Positions 60,841 through 64,000 of a stretch of DNA of 64,000 nt are shown piece after piece. How positions within the stretch are numbered: position 1 is the first letter of the stretch; every line of letters begins with the position of its first letter. The translations under genes and the position numbers were made by a program. Below the pieces are notes generated by a model, which did not search any database, was not told the DNA's origin, and was given only the letters and a program-made list of their open reading frames with translations. Origin of the DNA: Phoronis australis (taxonomy: Eukaryota > Animalia > Phoronida); contig NMRA01000836.1 of assembly GCA_002633005.1 (NCBI GenBank), forward strand, positions 62,001 through 126,000, read 5' to 3'.

Positions 60841-61405
60841 CCCAGAAATCTCAACTACCGGTCTACCAATTATATATGGCATATTAGATAATGAGCTTAT
60901 ACTTTTGCGTCTACTGAGCTCTCACACTGGATGTCAAATGAATGATGGTGGAGAGTAAGCATTTTGGAGAGTACCTGATAACACTAAAACTTTGGGATAC
61001 CAGGAACTGTCTAAAACCAACCCACTTAGTAAAGTTTAAGAACGCAGATTGTGTAAAATATAAAACGCTATCAAAACTGCCAGCAGAAAGGATACGTCAT
61101 GGCCCCTAAATTTGCGCTAGATCGAGGAACCACGAAAATTATTTCCAAGGAGCCCTTTCATTTCATTGACTACTNTCGGATCATCCAATCAGGTGAAATA
61201 GGTCAAAGGTCATTAGGTGCAAACTAAAATTTTGAGCTAGACACTTCAAATTGACACGTCTGATTGCCACAGGTAAATCAAATTGGAATCCAAAGTTTCA
61301 GGTCATTTAGGGCAAACATGGGGTCATTAGGTGCATTTTTCTTCTCAAATTTTGACCTTTTCAATCAGCAAGTTTTTGATGTGTCAATCGTTAGACAACT
61401 TTGAT

Positions 61406-63446
61406 TGACCTATCGCAAGCTCCGCCCCTATGGGAAAAGTCACGTGATACCCGACAATCGAACGAGATGTCAGAGGCAAATACACTGTCGCTAAACGACG
61501 TTCCTGGAGGTATCGATGACTGTTTTTGCACTATTTGAAAACGCTTCGACAGAGACAAGAGGAGATGCTTTTCAACAGATAATCGTAAGTTCATGATATG
61601 GGAATTTGTAAAGGTGACCATGAAAAATTAAGTGCTCGAGGAGCCAGCGAAAATCCGAAGAAACCCTTGGCCTTGGGGCAACCTTCACCTGACAAATGAC
61701 AAGGTCAATGATACGATATGTTCATGTAAAGCTGAGTATGTACCTTAAAGACGAATTATCTGTACGATTCCATAGATTTCATGATCTTTCGAATAAAATC
61801 AGTAAATATTCACCGATATTTTTATTCTGTCGTCTGCTAAATTTCGCCAAATGAAAAGTAGGTCACAATTCTGGTGGGACTCCTGGAGTAAAGTAAGTCA
61901 TAGATTACAGACAACACATGCACTATAGTCTCTGACTAGGTGGACTCGATAGCACTGTTTACGCTTTTCTAATCTTGTAACGAAATATTTTGATAAAAAA
62001 ATCAAGTTCATAGCTCAGGTACACACTCATCTCGTCCTAGGCAAACAGTTAGCTCCGGTAGGTCTAGGGCTGTGTCTAAGTCAAATTAATGCCTGGAATT
62101 CAGTTGCGGATCTAGGACACCACAAGGGGGCCCAACATATTTTGCCTCGTGGAATTGAGCAAAGTGCGATTGTATGTGCACAGGCGGCCCGAAAGTTGCA
62201 GGTTCCAGAGATGTAGACCTTTGGACCTTCTGTTCGGAAAATCTATCGGTGGACTAAAACAAACAGGAAAACGATTCCGCCGAGATCTGGGGTCTGAGCA
62301 CCCCTCTTCCGCTACCGGTCCTAGTTACTAAACTCAATATTTCCTCACGCTTCACGCTCTTCTTATTTCATTTTGTTTGCGGCATCCAAAAGGGGGAGGG
62401 GGCTGGGGCTCATATGGAATTGTCCGTTTGCACCATTAAGACATTTAAATGAGGCGTACCTTCTAATGAACTTGGCATTTTTTTGTAGTTTCATTCCATA
62501 AAGGTAGCTTCCATTTAATTTTGAAGGTAGCATGATCACTAAGTCGTGGTATGGTTACAAAAGATTACAAGTCTGGTGTGGTAGTTGCAAAAATAGGGTA
62601 TTTTCAAAAATAACCCAAATTCTTTTGTTATGCTTCATAAATCTAAATATCATGTTTGAACAAGTTCAAAATGAGCTCTCTCTAACTCTACAGACATAGT
62701 GTATACTAGAGGTACACCTTCTAAAAGTATTTCAACAGTTTATTTTTAGTGACAACACCTCGACCAAGGCTTTGAGTTCCGGCAGTAATCCAGTGCCCTT
62801 CCCTGTGCCGATCGAATCTCTGAATTTTGACCGGGAGAGAAGTTCATTTGAACGCCAGCCTACGGTTTATGAATAACAAAAATGTACCTGTGATACGAAA
62901 AAAAATGATGTCCATCAGGTTGAAATAAACAAGAAAAACATAAAATAGAAATGTGCTTGAAAACAACAATTTCCGGGGACTACCGCTAGAGTGCTGAGAT
63001 CCAGCAGGTGCCGAGACAAAGGCGGCCAGACGTACGAAACTCGGGAGTCAAAATCTGAGATAGCCCTGCACCATAGCCACCAAGCTGAAAAGTGCGTATC
63101 TTGGAACTAATATATTTGTGTTAATTATAGCCTTCGAGCTGCTCGTGTAGCCGTACATGTACAGTTTGATCCATAATTTACACTTTTCAATATCATTTTC
63201 GGCTTAGGACATGCCAAAAAATGACGGGATATTATTCTGGAGCAGCATAACGGCTGTCGGTGCTACAAACGCCATATCAACACCGTTTTCCCATTCTTAG
63301 CGGACAATTTCTTGAGCTATAGACTAAAGTAAGTTGCACTCGACTACGTGTGGTTTGTCGGGTAAAATGGCGACTTGGAAACGCAGACGAAGGTGTGCCA
63401 AGAATTGGTCAATTAAGCCGTCCGTCATAATCCTGGCGATAGGTCA
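61406..63446 (-). mobile_element. PHIS-superfamily (ISL2EU-like) DNA transposon relic with THAP-like ORF remnant
   Basis: AT|TGACCTATCGC..GCGATAGGTCA|AT; the empty site gtgATtctcag is at ~57548. Minus strand 63295-63095 reads MGKRC*YGVCSTDSRY..VIF..PKPK..EKCKLWIKL..HEQL..HKYISSK. Confidence 0.7.
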
Positions 63447-64000
63447 ATTCTCAGCGTTAAACACATTTTCCATGGGCTTTGTAATAATTCTCCTAAAGAT
63501 GCTTAAAATGCACCGGATAAGGTCAATTAGTGCAAAGGTCATGTAACGTTCAAAATGTTATATCTCTTACGTTTTTCAAGGAATTATTTTCAATTTCAGC
63601 ACACTGGTGTAAGTCAACATGCCAAATGAATACCCTACATGTACTTTACTTCGCAAAAGGCCTAACCAATCAGAAAAAATAGGTCAAAGGTCATTGAGTG
63701 CAAACTAAAATTTTGAGCTAGACTTCAGAATTATGTATCTGTTTACTAAGTGCGATTGAGTTTGAATTTTAAATTTTCAGATAATTTGGTGCACCCATGG
63801 GGTCATTAGGTGCATTTTTCTGAAAGTTTGACCACATCATTCAACAGTCACTGGATGGTGTAAAATACGTCAAATCCACCCGAAAACGGGAATATAACAC
63901 CGTTTTTAAATAAAAAGATATTTGATAAAATTTCATAAAAATCCATCATGGAACTTTTGAGAAATATAGGAAAACGAAAAAAAAAATGAAATTGCCACAA

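Larger units (their letters stand above)
58226..63830 (+). mobile_element. Second tandem HINE unit, interrupted by a TIR element and assembly junctions
   Basis: 58226-58733 repeats 57040-57548; the sequence resumes at 63447 matching 57549 onward. Confidence 0.7.

Overview
Draft-assembly window from an intron-rich invertebrate animal genome, with N junctions or gaps at 5850, 25613, 35272, 39005-39253, 43151-43310, 59940 and 61175. The first 40 kb hold three conserved spliced genes. PTPA/PPP2R4 lies on the minus strand: seven exons are visible, its 5' exons are missing and the last exon runs off the window. A carnitine O-acetyltransferase (CRAT, C-terminal AKL) lies on the plus strand, divergent from PTPA as in the human CRAT-PTPA pair. 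The PP6 catalytic subunit PPP6C (303 aa) lies on the minus strand and carries a textbook U12 AT-AC intron. The most striking pattern is that many exon-intron junctions of all three genes have been reiterated into adjacent intronic tandem repeats, one of which preserves the 3' end of a PTPA exon absent from the assembly. The last 24 kb is mostly decayed mobile DNA: an inverted Penelope-like fragment with a U3-A8 minimal hammerhead motif, an Academ transposon, a dUTPase-like relic, Helentron-type (HINE) repeats, and a THAP-bearing element with an AT target duplication. Recurrent TACATGTA 6-bp insertions look like Tc1/mariner excision footprints. Two 1.4-2.2 kb near-identical duplications abut N junctions and are probably uncollapsed haplotypes. 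Gene and family assignments rest on motif recognition by eye, not on database searches.
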